Shown here piece after piece: positions 50,070 to 60,004 of a DNA stretch of 64,000 nucleotides (positions are counted from its first letter, which is position 1; every line of letters starts with the position of its first letter). Origin of the DNA: Patescibacteria group bacterium (GTDB lineage: Bacteria; Patescibacteriota; Patescibacteriia; UBA9934; GWF2-40-263). Location of the stretch: contig JAHJAM010000002.1 of the NCBI GenBank assembly GCA_018814025.1, forward strand, positions 2,798-66,797, read 5' to 3'. The position numbers and the translations under genes are program-made. The notes under the pieces were generated by a model. The model saw only the letters and a list, made by a program, of their open reading frames with translations, did no database searches and was not told where the DNA came from.

Positions 50070-51092
50070 ATGTCTTTGAGCAAAAACGAACAAGCGCTTT
50101 TGCGCCGGATTCATGTGGCTTCGGAAAATGATCCGCTCAAGCCGGAGTTCCCGCCCCATGACCCAAAATTTCCGGCCACCCCCACTTACCGAATTAAAGT
50201 GCCGGGTTTTTCCAATGTTTGGCTCAAAGATGAAAGCCACAATCCCACGGGCACGCACAAGGATCGAATGGCTTGGGAAATCGTGGTGACATATAAAGAT
50301 TTCTTGTTGGCGAAGAAAAGCGGCCAGATCAAGACGCCGCTGCCAGCCATGTCATTGATTTCTTCCGGGTCGGCGGCCGTGGCGATTCAAAGCCAGTTGC
50401 GCATGCATGGTTTGCCGGATTTAAGAGTACTGGTGGATCGGAAGCTTAATTCGGCAACTGTCAGAATTTTGGAAAAATTGGGCTGCCGGATTTATTTCAC
50501 GGATTTAAAACGCAAGCCTTTTCATTGGCGGGAGATATTGCGTTTGACCGATAATCCGAACGGCTTTGACATCACTTCCGCCGAAGCTTTGGATCCGACG
50601 ACGCGCTTTTACGACTGGTTGAGCTACGAGATCATCAATTCCTCGCCGGATTATTGTTTTATGCCCTTTGGCACAGGAAATTTGTTCGAGAATGTTTTGA
50701 ATATCAATAAAAGGGAAGTTTCCACCAAGCACCATGATCCGCGATTCAAAGGCAAAGTCCAAGTCTTGCGGCGCTGTAATTTTTTAGCGGCCACCACGAA
50801 TAATCCGCAATCTAAAGCCGATAAGCTTTTTTCCCAGCATCTGCCGTTCGTTCATTATGATGAACAATGGATTCGCCTTTATCGTTGCGCCGGTTTTTGC
50901 GGACCCGAGTCCAATGTTCATTTAATTAAAGAAAAATATTTGGAGCAAGCCATGAAGCTGGCAGCTGCCCAGGGCATTAATTGCGAGCCTTCCGGCGTGG
51001 CGGGTCTGGGCTTGTTGCTGCAGCTGCGACCGAAGATTCCCAAAACGAAAAAAATATTAATTGTCAGTACCGGAAAAACAACATTTTTATAA
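50070..51092 (+). CDS. PLP-dependent fold type II enzyme (threonine synthase-like)
   Basis: LKDESHNPTGTHKDR, SSGSAA, PFGTG, CEPSG. Confidence 0.8.
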   Translation: MSLSKNEQALLRRIHVASENDPLKPEFPPHDPKFPATPTYRIKVPGFSNVWLKDESHNPTGTHKDRMAWEIVVTYKDFLLAKKSGQIKTPLPAMSLISSGSAAVAIQSQLRMHGLPDLRVLVDRKLNSATVRILEKLGCRIYFTDLKRKPFHWREILRLTDNPNGFDITSAEALDPTTRFYDWLSYEIINSSPDYCFMPFGTGNLFENVLNINKREVSTKHHDPRFKGKVQVLRRCNFLAATTNNPQSKADKLFSQHLPFVHYDEQWIRLYRCAGFCGPESNVHLIKEKYLEQAMKLAAAQGINCEPSGVAGLGLLLQLRPKIPKTKKILIVSTGKTTFL

Positions 51093-51134
51093 ATTAAAAA
51101 TCCTCCGGCCTAAACCGGAGGATTATGGTTTTAA

Positions 51135-51887
51135 TTATTTTTTAACCGGAGCTTTGACTGCCTCGTAGTTTAAGAACATCACCACGAAAGCCACGGTGCT
51201 GAAGGCATAAATTACGTCCGCGGCCGTCATGGTGACAATATCGGTCACATAGTGGGCCGGAACAACGATATAAATAATATCCGGAAGCCAACTGGCAATG
51301 AAAGTGAATATGCCAATCACCAGCGTAAGGCCGAAAGTGCGCCACCAGCGGCCTTTGACCAGTTGGTAGCTGTAGTGCAGAGCGTCCAGGCCGGTTTTTT
51401 CTCTGAAGAGCAAGGCATGAATCACAAACAAGTAACTGACGGCCATGAAAATGCCGGGCAGGATCAGGAGGATAGTGGCCAAGCTGATGATTATTCCGGA
51501 CACGATTTGAATCCAAATAGCTTTGGGCCAAACCGGCAAAATGTTTTTTATGGCCTCGGTCCATTCGATTTCTTTTCCGGAGGAGCCGGATCCGGCTTTG
51601 CCGGATTTATCTATCCAGGCTTTAACCACTGAGGCGACGGCTAAGGTGGCGACCGTGCCCAGGATCAATTCCAAAAATGATTCCCAGCGGAATAAAGTGG
51701 TGAAATCGGATAAATCATCAAAATTCGGGGTCGGGGTAAAATATAGAATAATGTTCAGCGGAATGTAGACCGCTAAAGTAATGTAGAGAATTTTGGTGAA
51801 ATTTTCTCGGTAAGCTCCCCAAGATTTAGTGAGCAGAGTTTTTAAGGAATACATTCCCTTGGGCGCACTTGAGGTTTTGGCGGGCAT
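51135..51887 (-). CDS. Integral membrane protein
   Basis: 'LILPGI...AL..SY.LVKGRWWR' motif. Confidence 0.75.
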   Translation of the reverse strand: MPAKTSSAPKGMYSLKTLLTKSWGAYRENFTKILYITLAVYIPLNIILYFTPTPNFDDLSDFTTLFRWESFLELILGTVATLAVASVVKAWIDKSGKAGSGSSGKEIEWTEAIKNILPVWPKAIWIQIVSGIIISLATILLILPGIFMAVSYLFVIHALLFREKTGLDALHYSYQLVKGRWWRTFGLTLVIGIFTFIASWLPDIIYIVVPAHYVTDIVTMTAADVIYAFSTVAFVVMFLNYEAVKAPVKK

Positions 51888-51889
51888 AG

Positions 51890-52684
51890 TTATTTTTTAC
51901 TTAAGAAATTCAAGATTTTTTTGGCTGAGAAAATAATTGATTTGGCCGGACTGTTTATTTTCGCCGCGGGTTTGGCGGCGCGATCAGCTTGCTTTTGTTC
52001 TTTTTTCAACCGTGTGTCTTCTTTGTTCACGGCTTTATCCGCCACGCCGCGTTTGACGTAGAGGCTCATGAGCAAGAAGATAATCATGCTGCCAAAAATG
52101 ATGGTGGCGATGTTGATCAGGAGCAAAATCAGAGCACTGCCGGCTAAGGCGCCGTCCAGCCGAGCCAGGCCAATGCCCACGGCGGAAATCGGCGGAATTA
52201 AAGCCACGGAAATGGCCACGCCCGGCAAGTGGGCCGAGAGTTGAGGTTTGATGAGGGCGAAAGACGCGGCAATGCCGGCCAGGAGGCCGATGGCCGCGGC
52301 CACGATTGAAGTGTCGGTGCGCAAGATAATTTCCTCGGTCATGGGGCCGGAAATGCCGTCGGAAAATAGCCAGGTGGCCAAAATGGCGGCCGGGATCATC
52401 AACAATAAACCTTTGAGGATGGTGAAGAAGGATCGAGCCATTAAGTGCGCATCAAACATGATGATACCCAATGACAAACTCAGGATCGGCGAAAGCAAAG
52501 GGGCGATGAGCATGGAGCCGATAACCACGGCCGCGTTGTTCATGAGCATGCCGAAGGTGGCCATGAGCACGGCCAAGATCCCCATAAAAAAGAAATCATC
52601 GCGCGGCGTTGAGTCCGCGATGAGCGATTCAATGGCTGTGTTTTTATCCTCCTCGGAAAGGGAGCGGAAAAGCGTAACCGCCAT
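51890..52684 (-). CDS. TIGR00341/DUF389 membrane protein
   Basis: VVIGSMLIAPLLSPI, LPGVAISVALIPP. Confidence 0.88.
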   Translation of the reverse strand: MAVTLFRSLSEEDKNTAIESLIADSTPRDDFFFMGILAVLMATFGMLMNNAAVVIGSMLIAPLLSPILSLSLGIIMFDAHLMARSFFTILKGLLLMIPAAILATWLFSDGISGPMTEEIILRTDTSIVAAAIGLLAGIAASFALIKPQLSAHLPGVAISVALIPPISAVGIGLARLDGALAGSALILLLINIATIIFGSMIIFLLMSLYVKRGVADKAVNKEDTRLKKEQKQADRAAKPAAKINSPAKSIIFSAKKILNFLSKK

Positions 52685-52763
52685 AATATAAATATTATAA
52701 CATAGGAAGTAGGGGAGAAGTAGGTGGGGTGAAAATAAAATATCTGATATACTTATTATCAAT

Positions 52764-53720
52764 ATGCTGACAAATATACTTGTATTGATTGCCGGATTTA
52801 TTCTTTTAATTCGCGGCGCGGATTATTTGGTGAAGGGCGCGGCTTCCATGGCGCGGCGCCTGGGCGTGCGCGCGTTTGTGGTGGGTTTGACGGTGGTGGC
52901 TTTCGGCACTTCGGCGCCCGAGCTGGTAGTTAACGTTTTGTCCGCCACTTCCGGATCAACCGGTTTGGCTTTGGGCAATGTTTTGGGTTCCAATTTGGCA
53001 AATATCCTTTTGATTCTTGGAATTGCCGCGATCATTTCGCCCGTGATTTTGCATCGGGGAACGGTTTGGAAAGAATTACCGCTGTTGCTTTTGGCTTCAG
53101 TGCTGGTCGTGGTCTTGGGCAGCGATATTTTTTTTGACGGCTCTTTTAGCAACATTATTTCTCGGATTGACGGAATCGTTCTGCTTTCTTTTTTTGTCAT
53201 CTTTTTATATTACACGCACGGTGCCAGCAAAGGGCAATCTGATGAACATGAACAAATTGATGTGTATGATAAGAAGAGAACCGCTATTTATTTGATCGGC
53301 GGCTTGGCGGGTTTAGCTTTGGGCGGCAAATTCATTGTGGATTCGGCTGTGTTTATCGCTCAGGCTTTCAGCGTATCCGAACATGTGATCGGGGCCACGA
53401 TTGTGGCCGTGGGCACTTCGCTGCCGGAATTGGCCACCACTATCGTGGCGGCCATAAAAAAACACACGGACATTGCCGTGGGCAATGTGGTGGGCTCCAA
53501 TTTGTTCAACGTTTTTTTCGTGCTGGGCACGACCGTGGTTATTCGGCCTTTAGCTTTTGACCACGCGGCCTGGCAGGATGCAATGATCGTTTTGGGCATT
53601 ACTTTGATTCTCTTTATGTCTTTGTTCGTGGGCAAGCGGCATCATTTTGAAAAATGGCAAGGCGTCACATTTGTGGGGATGTATCTGGCGTATATCGTGT
53701 TTTCAGTTTTTAGGGGGTAG
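52764..53720 (+). CDS. Calcium/sodium antiporter (YrbG-like)
   Basis: Two GTS.PE...GN.LGSN alpha repeats. Confidence 0.93.
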   Translation: MLTNILVLIAGFILLIRGADYLVKGAASMARRLGVRAFVVGLTVVAFGTSAPELVVNVLSATSGSTGLALGNVLGSNLANILLILGIAAIISPVILHRGTVWKELPLLLLASVLVVVLGSDIFFDGSFSNIISRIDGIVLLSFFVIFLYYTHGASKGQSDEHEQIDVYDKKRTAIYLIGGLAGLALGGKFIVDSAVFIAQAFSVSEHVIGATIVAVGTSLPELATTIVAAIKKHTDIAVGNVVGSNLFNVFFVLGTTVVIRPLAFDHAAWQDAMIVLGITLILFMSLFVGKRHHFEKWQGVTFVGMYLAYIVFSVFRG

Positions 53721-53810
53721 GTAGGGAAATCGTCGGTAGGGCAAAGGGGCCTCGCGGCCTCTTTTTGTGTCTTGAATATTCAGGCTAAACAAGGCAAGCT
53801 AGTGATACCT

Positions 53811-55598
53811 ATGGATCAAAAAGATGAGATCAAACAAAAAGTGGATGTGGTGGAGCTGATTTCCGAATATGTTCAGCTCAAACCCGCGGGCAGTAATTCG
53901 TTTAAGGCCTGTTGCCCGTTTCATACGGAAAAGACGCCGTCTTTTCAGGTTTCCGGAGAAAAGCAAATTTGGAAATGCTTCGGCTGCGGCGAGGGTGGGG
54001 ACTGTTTTGAGTTTTTGATGAAAATGGAAGGCTTGGATTTTCCCGAAGCCTTGCGGCACTTAGGCAATCGGGTGGGGATTGAGGTTAAACGTTTCACCTC
54101 GGAAACCAGCAATGTCAGCCAGCGCTTGTCAGCCATGAATGATCTGGCCAGCAAGTTTTATCAAAAAGTGTTATTGGATTCTCCGGCCGCGCAAGCAGCC
54201 CGGGATTATCTGACCAAACGCGGTATCGGCCAGGAATTGCGAGATAAGTTCGGCATCGGGTTTGCCCCGGATGCCTGGGAAACCTTGTCGACATTTTTGT
54301 TGAAGAGGGGATTTTCCGCCAGCGAGGGCGTGCAAGCCGGTTTGATGATGAATCGGCGCCAGGGCAGCGGCGTGATTGATCGGTTTCGCAATCGCATAAT
54401 GATCTCTTTGCGCGACGCGCACGGCAACACCGTGGGTTTTACCGGCCGGCAAATGCCGGGCGATGAACACGGGCCCAAATACATGAATTCGCCTGAGACC
54501 CCAATTTATCATAAAGGAAAATTGTTGTTCGGTTTGGATTTGGCCAAGCGAGCGATTAAAGAGCGGGGAAGCGTAATTATTGTGGAAGGAAATTTAGACG
54601 TGGTGGCTTCGCATAAAGCCGGGGTGGAGAACGTGGTGGCTTCATCCGGCACGGCTTTGACCCAAGATCAACTGACATTTTTGAAACGCTACACCAAGAC
54701 CATTGTTTTTTCTTTTGATGCGGACGCGGCCGGTTTTAACGCGGCTTACAAGGGCATTAATCTGGCCCGGGAATTGGATTTAGACGTCCGAGTAGTGGTT
54801 TTACCCAAGGAGGCGGGCAAGGATCCGGATGAGGCGGTTCAAAAAGATCCGGGCATTTGGCAGCGGGCCGCGGCCAGTACCAAGCCGATCATGCAATATT
54901 TTATCGATCAAGCCGTGGCCGGCAAGAATTTAGATAATGTGGATGATAAAAAAGCCATGGCCGCGTTTTTATTGCCGGAGCTGGCTAAAATTAGCGATTT
55001 GGTGGAACGGGAACATTGGCTGCAACTAATTAGTGATTTATTGCGGACGGATATGGGAGTTTTGCGCCTAGCCGTGGGGCGCACGCCGCAAAAATCGGTG
55101 GAAAAACCGGTTGAGAAAACCCAGGCGCCGCCGGCTAAGTTATCAAAAACTCAACAGGCCGAGGAATATATTATCGGCTGTTTTATTCAGGATCAGGCTT
55201 ATCGCAGTCAAATCATTAAGGAATTGGAGGCCGAACATCTTTCCTCTGATTTGTTGAAGAAACTTTACAAAGAATTGGTTTCGCTATATAATCAGCCCGA
55301 ATCAGAAACCTCTTTACAAAAATCATTTTATTGGCGTGTACGCGATCAACTCGAAAAATCTGCGGATAATCAAACCTTGATTCCGCTTCTTGACACAATT
55401 AGTCTTCGAGGCGAACAAATGGTCGCAAATTTATCACCCAACGAGGTTTCCCGACAATTGAAGCAACTTTTGCAAATAATAATTTCCGCGGACGTGAAGG
55501 AACGGCGCGGAGATTTAGCTGCCCGGATTCGCCAGGCCGAGAGCCGGGGCGATCAACAAGCCGTGCAGCGCTTAATCGCTGAATACAATGAGCTCTAA
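53811..55598 (+). CDS. dnaG: DNA primase
   Basis: CPFH.EKTPSF zinc finger, KYMNSPET, VEG..D, FDAD.AG, KDPD. Confidence 0.97.
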   Translation: MDQKDEIKQKVDVVELISEYVQLKPAGSNSFKACCPFHTEKTPSFQVSGEKQIWKCFGCGEGGDCFEFLMKMEGLDFPEALRHLGNRVGIEVKRFTSETSNVSQRLSAMNDLASKFYQKVLLDSPAAQAARDYLTKRGIGQELRDKFGIGFAPDAWETLSTFLLKRGFSASEGVQAGLMMNRRQGSGVIDRFRNRIMISLRDAHGNTVGFTGRQMPGDEHGPKYMNSPETPIYHKGKLLFGLDLAKRAIKERGSVIIVEGNLDVVASHKAGVENVVASSGTALTQDQLTFLKRYTKTIVFSFDADAAGFNAAYKGINLARELDLDVRVVVLPKEAGKDPDEAVQKDPGIWQRAAASTKPIMQYFIDQAVAGKNLDNVDDKKAMAAFLLPELAKISDLVEREHWLQLISDLLRTDMGVLRLAVGRTPQKSVEKPVEKTQAPPAKLSKTQQAEEYIIGCFIQDQAYRSQIIKELEAEHLSSDLLKKLYKELVSLYNQPESETSLQKSFYWRVRDQLEKSADNQTLIPLLDTISLRGEQMVANLSPNEVSRQLKQLLQIIISADVKERRGDLAARIRQAESRGDQQAVQRLIAEYNEL

Positions 55599-55644
55599 CC
55601 AATTCCTATAGTTAAAAGAGGTCTTGCTCGTTGTTTTTGTTTTT

Positions 55645-56907
55645 ATGTCAAAAGATATTAAGAAGTCCGGCAAAGCCGGAGCCGGCTCCGCTGGAAAATC
55701 AGCAAAAAAGTGGAAACCTTCAGTTAAGCATGGTTCGGCCAAGCGGCCGAGGCATCAGGGGGGGAAGTCCGGGAAAGTCGGAAAAAAAGTGGTTAAAAAA
55801 GAACGCTATGCGCGCGCTTTGCCGCCAGCTCAGTCAGTGATTGACCGGCTGTTGACCAAAGGGGCGTCTCGCGGCTTCGTGACCGAGAACGAGGTGCTGT
55901 TTGCTTTTCCCGATGTCGAAGATTACATGAAAGTTTTTGATGATTTTTTGGATGAATTGGAACGGATTGGCGTACACTTTGTGGAAATGAAAGAAGGTAT
56001 CTTGGGCCGTGAGCAAGATCGAGATGACGTATACGATAAAATCCGCGTCAGCCGAGACAAGAAACGATCTGATATTCCGGAAATCAGTCAAGATTCGATT
56101 CAAATGTATTTGCGGGAAATCGGCAAAATTCCATTGTTAACCGGCGAAGAAGAAGTGGCTTTGGCTAAACGCAAAGAACGCAATGAAAAAGAAGCTGAGC
56201 GCCGTTTAATCGAAGCGAACTTGCGTTTGGTGGTTTCCATTGCCAAAAAGTTTGTGGGTAAGCAAATGTCTTTGTTGGATTTAATTCAAGAAGGCAACAT
56301 CGGCTTGTTCCGAGCGGTTAAAAAGTTCGAATATCGCAAAGGCTATAAGTTTTCCACTTATGCGACCTGGTGGATTCGCCAGGCCATTACCCGGGCTTTG
56401 GCTGACCAGTCGCGAACTATTCGCATTCCCGTGCATATGGTGGAAACCATTAACCGCTTCATGCAGATCGAACGCCAATTGATTCAAGACTTGGGCCGCG
56501 AGCCTCTGCCCGAGGAAATTGCCGCGGAAATGAGTGAAACCATTGAAAAGGTTTTGCATATCCGCAAGATTTCCCAAGATACAGTGTCGCTGGAAACTTC
56601 AGTGGGTGATGATGACGAAGATTCCAAGCTGGAAGACTTTATCGAGGATACTAAGTCGATTTCACCGGATCGAGCAGCCGCGCGCGAATTATTGAAGGAC
56701 TATGTGCACGAAGGCATGAAGGATTTGAGTCCGCGCGAGCAAAAGATTCTGGAAATGCGATTTGGTCTGACTGACGGCGTAAGCCATACCTTGGAAGAAG
56801 TGGGTAAGGAGTTTGATGTGACGCGCGAGCGCATTCGGCAAATTGAAGCAAAAGCCTTAGAAAAGATTCAAGCGCACCAGATTATTGGGAAGTTAAGGGA
56901 TTATTGA
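55645..56907 (+). CDS. rpoD: Primary sigma factor RpoD
   Basis: [40 protein letters not shown]. Confidence 0.97.
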   Translation: MSKDIKKSGKAGAGSAGKSAKKWKPSVKHGSAKRPRHQGGKSGKVGKKVVKKERYARALPPAQSVIDRLLTKGASRGFVTENEVLFAFPDVEDYMKVFDDFLDELERIGVHFVEMKEGILGREQDRDDVYDKIRVSRDKKRSDIPEISQDSIQMYLREIGKIPLLTGEEEVALAKRKERNEKEAERRLIEANLRLVVSIAKKFVGKQMSLLDLIQEGNIGLFRAVKKFEYRKGYKFSTYATWWIRQAITRALADQSRTIRIPVHMVETINRFMQIERQLIQDLGREPLPEEIAAEMSETIEKVLHIRKISQDTVSLETSVGDDDEDSKLEDFIEDTKSISPDRAAARELLKDYVHEGMKDLSPREQKILEMRFGLTDGVSHTLEEVGKEFDVTRERIRQIEAKALEKIQAHQIIGKLRDY

Positions 56908-57078
56908 AAAACAGGCCTTCGGGCCTGTTTTTTGGTATGCAACCATTTTGTTTTAAATGCGATATACTATATGCACAGCGAAAGAATTAATGCAGACAAA
57001 GCACATGAAGCATGAGGTGTGAAAGGTGGGGTATCATCATGATGCGTCACGTTTCACGCTATGTGCTCAAACAAACAT

Positions 57079-57708
57079 ATGGAAAATGAGGAGGTAATTG
57101 TCCTTGAAGCCAAAACCAATCCCGAGGCTTTCGGGCGGCTATACGACATGTATTATCAGCCAATTTTTGCTTTTGTGTTGAGCCGGATCGGAAATGTTGA
57201 GGTTTCAAAAGACATTTGCAGCGAAACTTTTTTTCAGGCTCTAAAGAACATTTCTAAATACAAGCCCAAAGGCCGCCCCTTTAAATCATGGCTGTTTGCC
57301 ATTGCCGTGGCTCAGGTGGGGAATTACTATCGCAAACGCTCTAAAATGTTGGCTATCACGATCGATGAATGTCCGGAATTGGTGGCCGCCGATATTTATC
57401 AACCTGATTTCAGTGCCATCGAAGATGAAACGGAATTGGAAATCAAGGAACAAGTTGTGCAATTGCGCCGATTGATGGGGCAGTTGAATCAAAAACAGCA
57501 AACAATTTTGACTTTGCGTTATTTTTCTCACATGACGATTCCGGAAATATCGCAAGTTATCAAAATGAAGGAAGGAACGATTAAATCACATTTGCATCGG
57601 GCACTGAAGAAATTGCACGTATTAATGACCGAAGAAGATCTAAAAAACGAATATGACTCAGCGGGAGCCACTCAATCTCGAACAGCTTTTGGAGTGTCTG
57701 GGGTCTAA
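57079..57708 (+). CDS. ECF RNA polymerase sigma factor
   Basis: AFGRLYD.Y, FKSWLF.IA, GTIKSHLHRAL. Confidence 0.9.
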   Translation: MENEEVIVLEAKTNPEAFGRLYDMYYQPIFAFVLSRIGNVEVSKDICSETFFQALKNISKYKPKGRPFKSWLFAIAVAQVGNYYRKRSKMLAITIDECPELVAADIYQPDFSAIEDETELEIKEQVVQLRRLMGQLNQKQQTILTLRYFSHMTIPEISQVIKMKEGTIKSHLHRALKKLHVLMTEEDLKNEYDSAGATQSRTAFGVSGV

Positions 57709-58066
57709 CGAGACTCCGGGCGATTCTCATCATCGATACGCGCTTCGGCGGGCCCTGTTGAAATCTCGCTGCTTCGAGGTCAATCAAATTACGGCTAAGT
57801 GGCTGAGATTGTTTACTTTAACTACTTCGGCCGTGGCCGGCGGAGCCGTGGCCGTGGCTTTTGTGCTGGTGGTGCAAACAACTTTAACCATGGATATCGA
57901 AGATCGTTCGCATACAGCCAGAAATTCATTAGCCAGTGAGAATCGGAATCTGCGCCCCATGGAATTAATCAATCAAATGAAAGTGGCGGAAATCAATGAG
58001 ATGGTTCCTTATGATGATTTGCGAAAGGTTTTTATCAAAGATATTGATTTGGCTTTTACTCGATAA
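57653..58066 (+). CDS. Putative anti-sigma factor
   Basis: Overlaps the ECF gene; 'H..ALRRALL' then single TM. Confidence 0.6.
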   Translation: MTQREPLNLEQLLECLGSNETPGDSHHRYALRRALLKSRCFEVNQITAKWLRLFTLTTSAVAGGAVAVAFVLVVQTTLTMDIEDRSHTARNSLASENRNLRPMELINQMKVAEINEMVPYDDLRKVFIKDIDLAFTR

Positions 58067-58172
58067 ATCCAGGTTAACGACGTCCATCCGCCTTACTTAA
58101 GGCGGATTTTGGATGCTTGACAAATCCGCGTTTGCGTGCCTCAATAGGCAGGTTCCGAACCCGGAGGATGCA

Positions 58173-58832
58173 ATGGTTGCAGCAACAAGGGATTCAGGAC
58201 TCGCGGCTTTGGATCAACGGATGGAAGAATGTTCTCTGGCTATTCGTCGTTTTGACCGTAAGATTAGCCAAGCTAAGCTCGCGACTCTGGTCGGACGGCT
58301 GCGCCCGGTCATGAAATCATTGGTGCAAGAAAGTTTTTTTCGGCGCGACGCCAGCCGGCCTGATTTAGCGGAACTGGGCTTGGCTTTGGCCTCAATCTTA
58401 GAAAAGCCGGTGCGTAAGATTATCCCGGTGTCAGCCAGGCACGGTCTCGTCTCATCCGAAGGCGAAAATTTTGGTGGACCGTGCGAGGACGCGGCCATCT
58501 GGAAAACCAAGCTCTATCAGATTTACGCCAAGCACGAGATGTGGCTTTGGCCGCTGATCAGCAACCATGACAGCCTGCACTGCGGCTATGAAGGGCTGCG
58601 GCGTCTGTTCCTTAATGAAATCAGTAGACAAGCGCCAAATCGTCTGGAAGCCATGCTGCATGAGACCGCGGATGCCATGGTTTGGTCCATTGATTTTTAT
58701 CTGGCCTTCGCCTTGGCCAACAATCAGCGCTGTCTGGATTATTTCGGACGATTGATCCAGCAGTTCCCGGCCGCGGTGCCAGTGCGCGAGCGGCGTAACC
58801 GTTCCGGCGAGTGGTATGTGATCGTCCGATAA
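58173..58832 (+). CDS. Hypothetical protein
   Basis: SD GGAGG, TTGACA promoter near 58117, terminator 58838-58863. Confidence 0.7.
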   Translation: MVAATRDSGLAALDQRMEECSLAIRRFDRKISQAKLATLVGRLRPVMKSLVQESFFRRDASRPDLAELGLALASILEKPVRKIIPVSARHGLVSSEGENFGGPCEDAAIWKTKLYQIYAKHEMWLWPLISNHDSLHCGYEGLRRLFLNEISRQAPNRLEAMLHETADAMVWSIDFYLAFALANNQRCLDYFGRLIQQFPAAVPVRERRNRSGEWYVIVR

Positions 58833-58895
58833 CTCAGGCCCTGGGAAATCCCGGGGCTTTTTTGTTTGTTCCGCGAATATGTTATAGTTGAAGCA

Positions 58896-59085
58896 GCTCC
58901 TCATGACGCTGAATTTGGGCTAAATACTTGCCTAGAGCTTGGAGCCGCGTCGACCGTGGTTGGCGCGTGAGAGCTCAGCAGAGAAGCAGATTTCTATCGA
59001 TACTTCGTAAGAACTATCGAGCGAATGAAGTGCCCTTCGGGGTGTTCTCAATTATCATCTAGCCAAGTATCAGCGCGTGTGGAGT
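58896..59085 (+). ncRNA. Candidate structured ncRNA (~190 nt; 6S-sized, family not recognised)
   Basis: Extended -10 TGTTATAGT (58880-58888), long closing stem, terminator 59089-59118. Confidence 0.6.
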
Positions 59086-59118
59086 TTAAAAAACACCCTC
59101 GGTGACGAGGGTGTTTTT

Positions 59119-59154
59119 CATTCACATATGATGCGATCGCATCATATGTGAATG
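59119..59154. repeat. Perfect 36-bp palindrome with CGATCG centre
   Basis: CATTCACATATGATGCGA|TCGCATCATATGTGAATG. Confidence 0.95.
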
Positions 59155-59156
59155 TT

Positions 59157-59519
59157 TTATTCGTAACAATGTTTGGATTTGAGATAATCAGTCAGCGACG
59201 GAGCCGCGCCGGCTTTAATTTCATCCACTCGATTTTGTCCTAAGGCTTCGACTGAACAAGCTTCTTGTGTCGGAGTGACCTGGGTGGGGATGTCTTGCGG
59301 ATCGATCCCGACTGATTCCAGCATTATTTCCTGTTCGGTATTTAAAAGCGGATGATCGTAAGCACTTTCCGTGGGCGGGCTGATCAGCGCTTTGGGAATT
59401 TGGGTCACATTGATGCCAAAAGGTTTGACAATTGCCAGAACCACGATGGCGACGATGAATAAGACAATCAGCCCGGCCGCGATTATTCCCAGAATCATCA
59501 GGATTTTTTTCATATTCAT
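59157..59519 (-). CDS. Membrane-anchored hypothetical protein
   Basis: N-terminal TM; Cys pair in C-terminal part. Confidence 0.75.
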   Translation of the reverse strand: MNMKKILMILGIIAAGLIVLFIVAIVVLAIVKPFGINVTQIPKALISPPTESAYDHPLLNTEQEIMLESVGIDPQDIPTQVTPTQEACSVEALGQNRVDEIKAGAAPSLTDYLKSKHCYE

Positions 59520-59524
59520 AAATC

Positions 59525-59902
59525 TTAATTATTAACGACACTCAGGACATCGATATAAAAAGTTGAACCTTGCGGACTTTTTACTTCAAGGGCGTCGGCA
59601 AGATTAATGGTTCCTTGACCGCGGCTATTTTCGAATAGTTGTTTGCCATTTCGAACATATAGGACATTGGCTTGAGCAAAGAGCGGGATTTTTTTAATAT
59701 CCTGATTGGCCAGCGTCACGAAAAGGTTTCCGGCCTGATCGGTTGACCATTCGGCTTGAATGGTTTCACGGCCAATGAATAAAATTTCGTTTTCGCTTTG
59801 AAAGATGCCGTTATCGTAGTGCGGGGCGGTAAACTCGGCTTGCTGATCGGTACAGCCGGCGCCGAGAGTCACCAGGAGAGCAAAAATGAGAAAGTAGCGC
59901 AT
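59525..59902 (-). CDS. Putative lipoprotein
   Basis: MRYFLIFALLVTLGAGC lipobox. Confidence 0.7.
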   Translation of the reverse strand: MRYFLIFALLVTLGAGCTDQQAEFTAPHYDNGIFQSENEILFIGRETIQAEWSTDQAGNLFVTLANQDIKKIPLFAQANVLYVRNGKQLFENSRGQGTINLADALEVKSPQGSTFYIDVLSVVNN

Positions 59903-60004
59903 AAAAAAAAGATAAATGATTGATTGGAATATTATAGCATCTTCCGGCGTTTTTTCTGAGACAAGGTTTGACAATTAGGGAATCATGACTCATAATCAGG
60001 CGTT

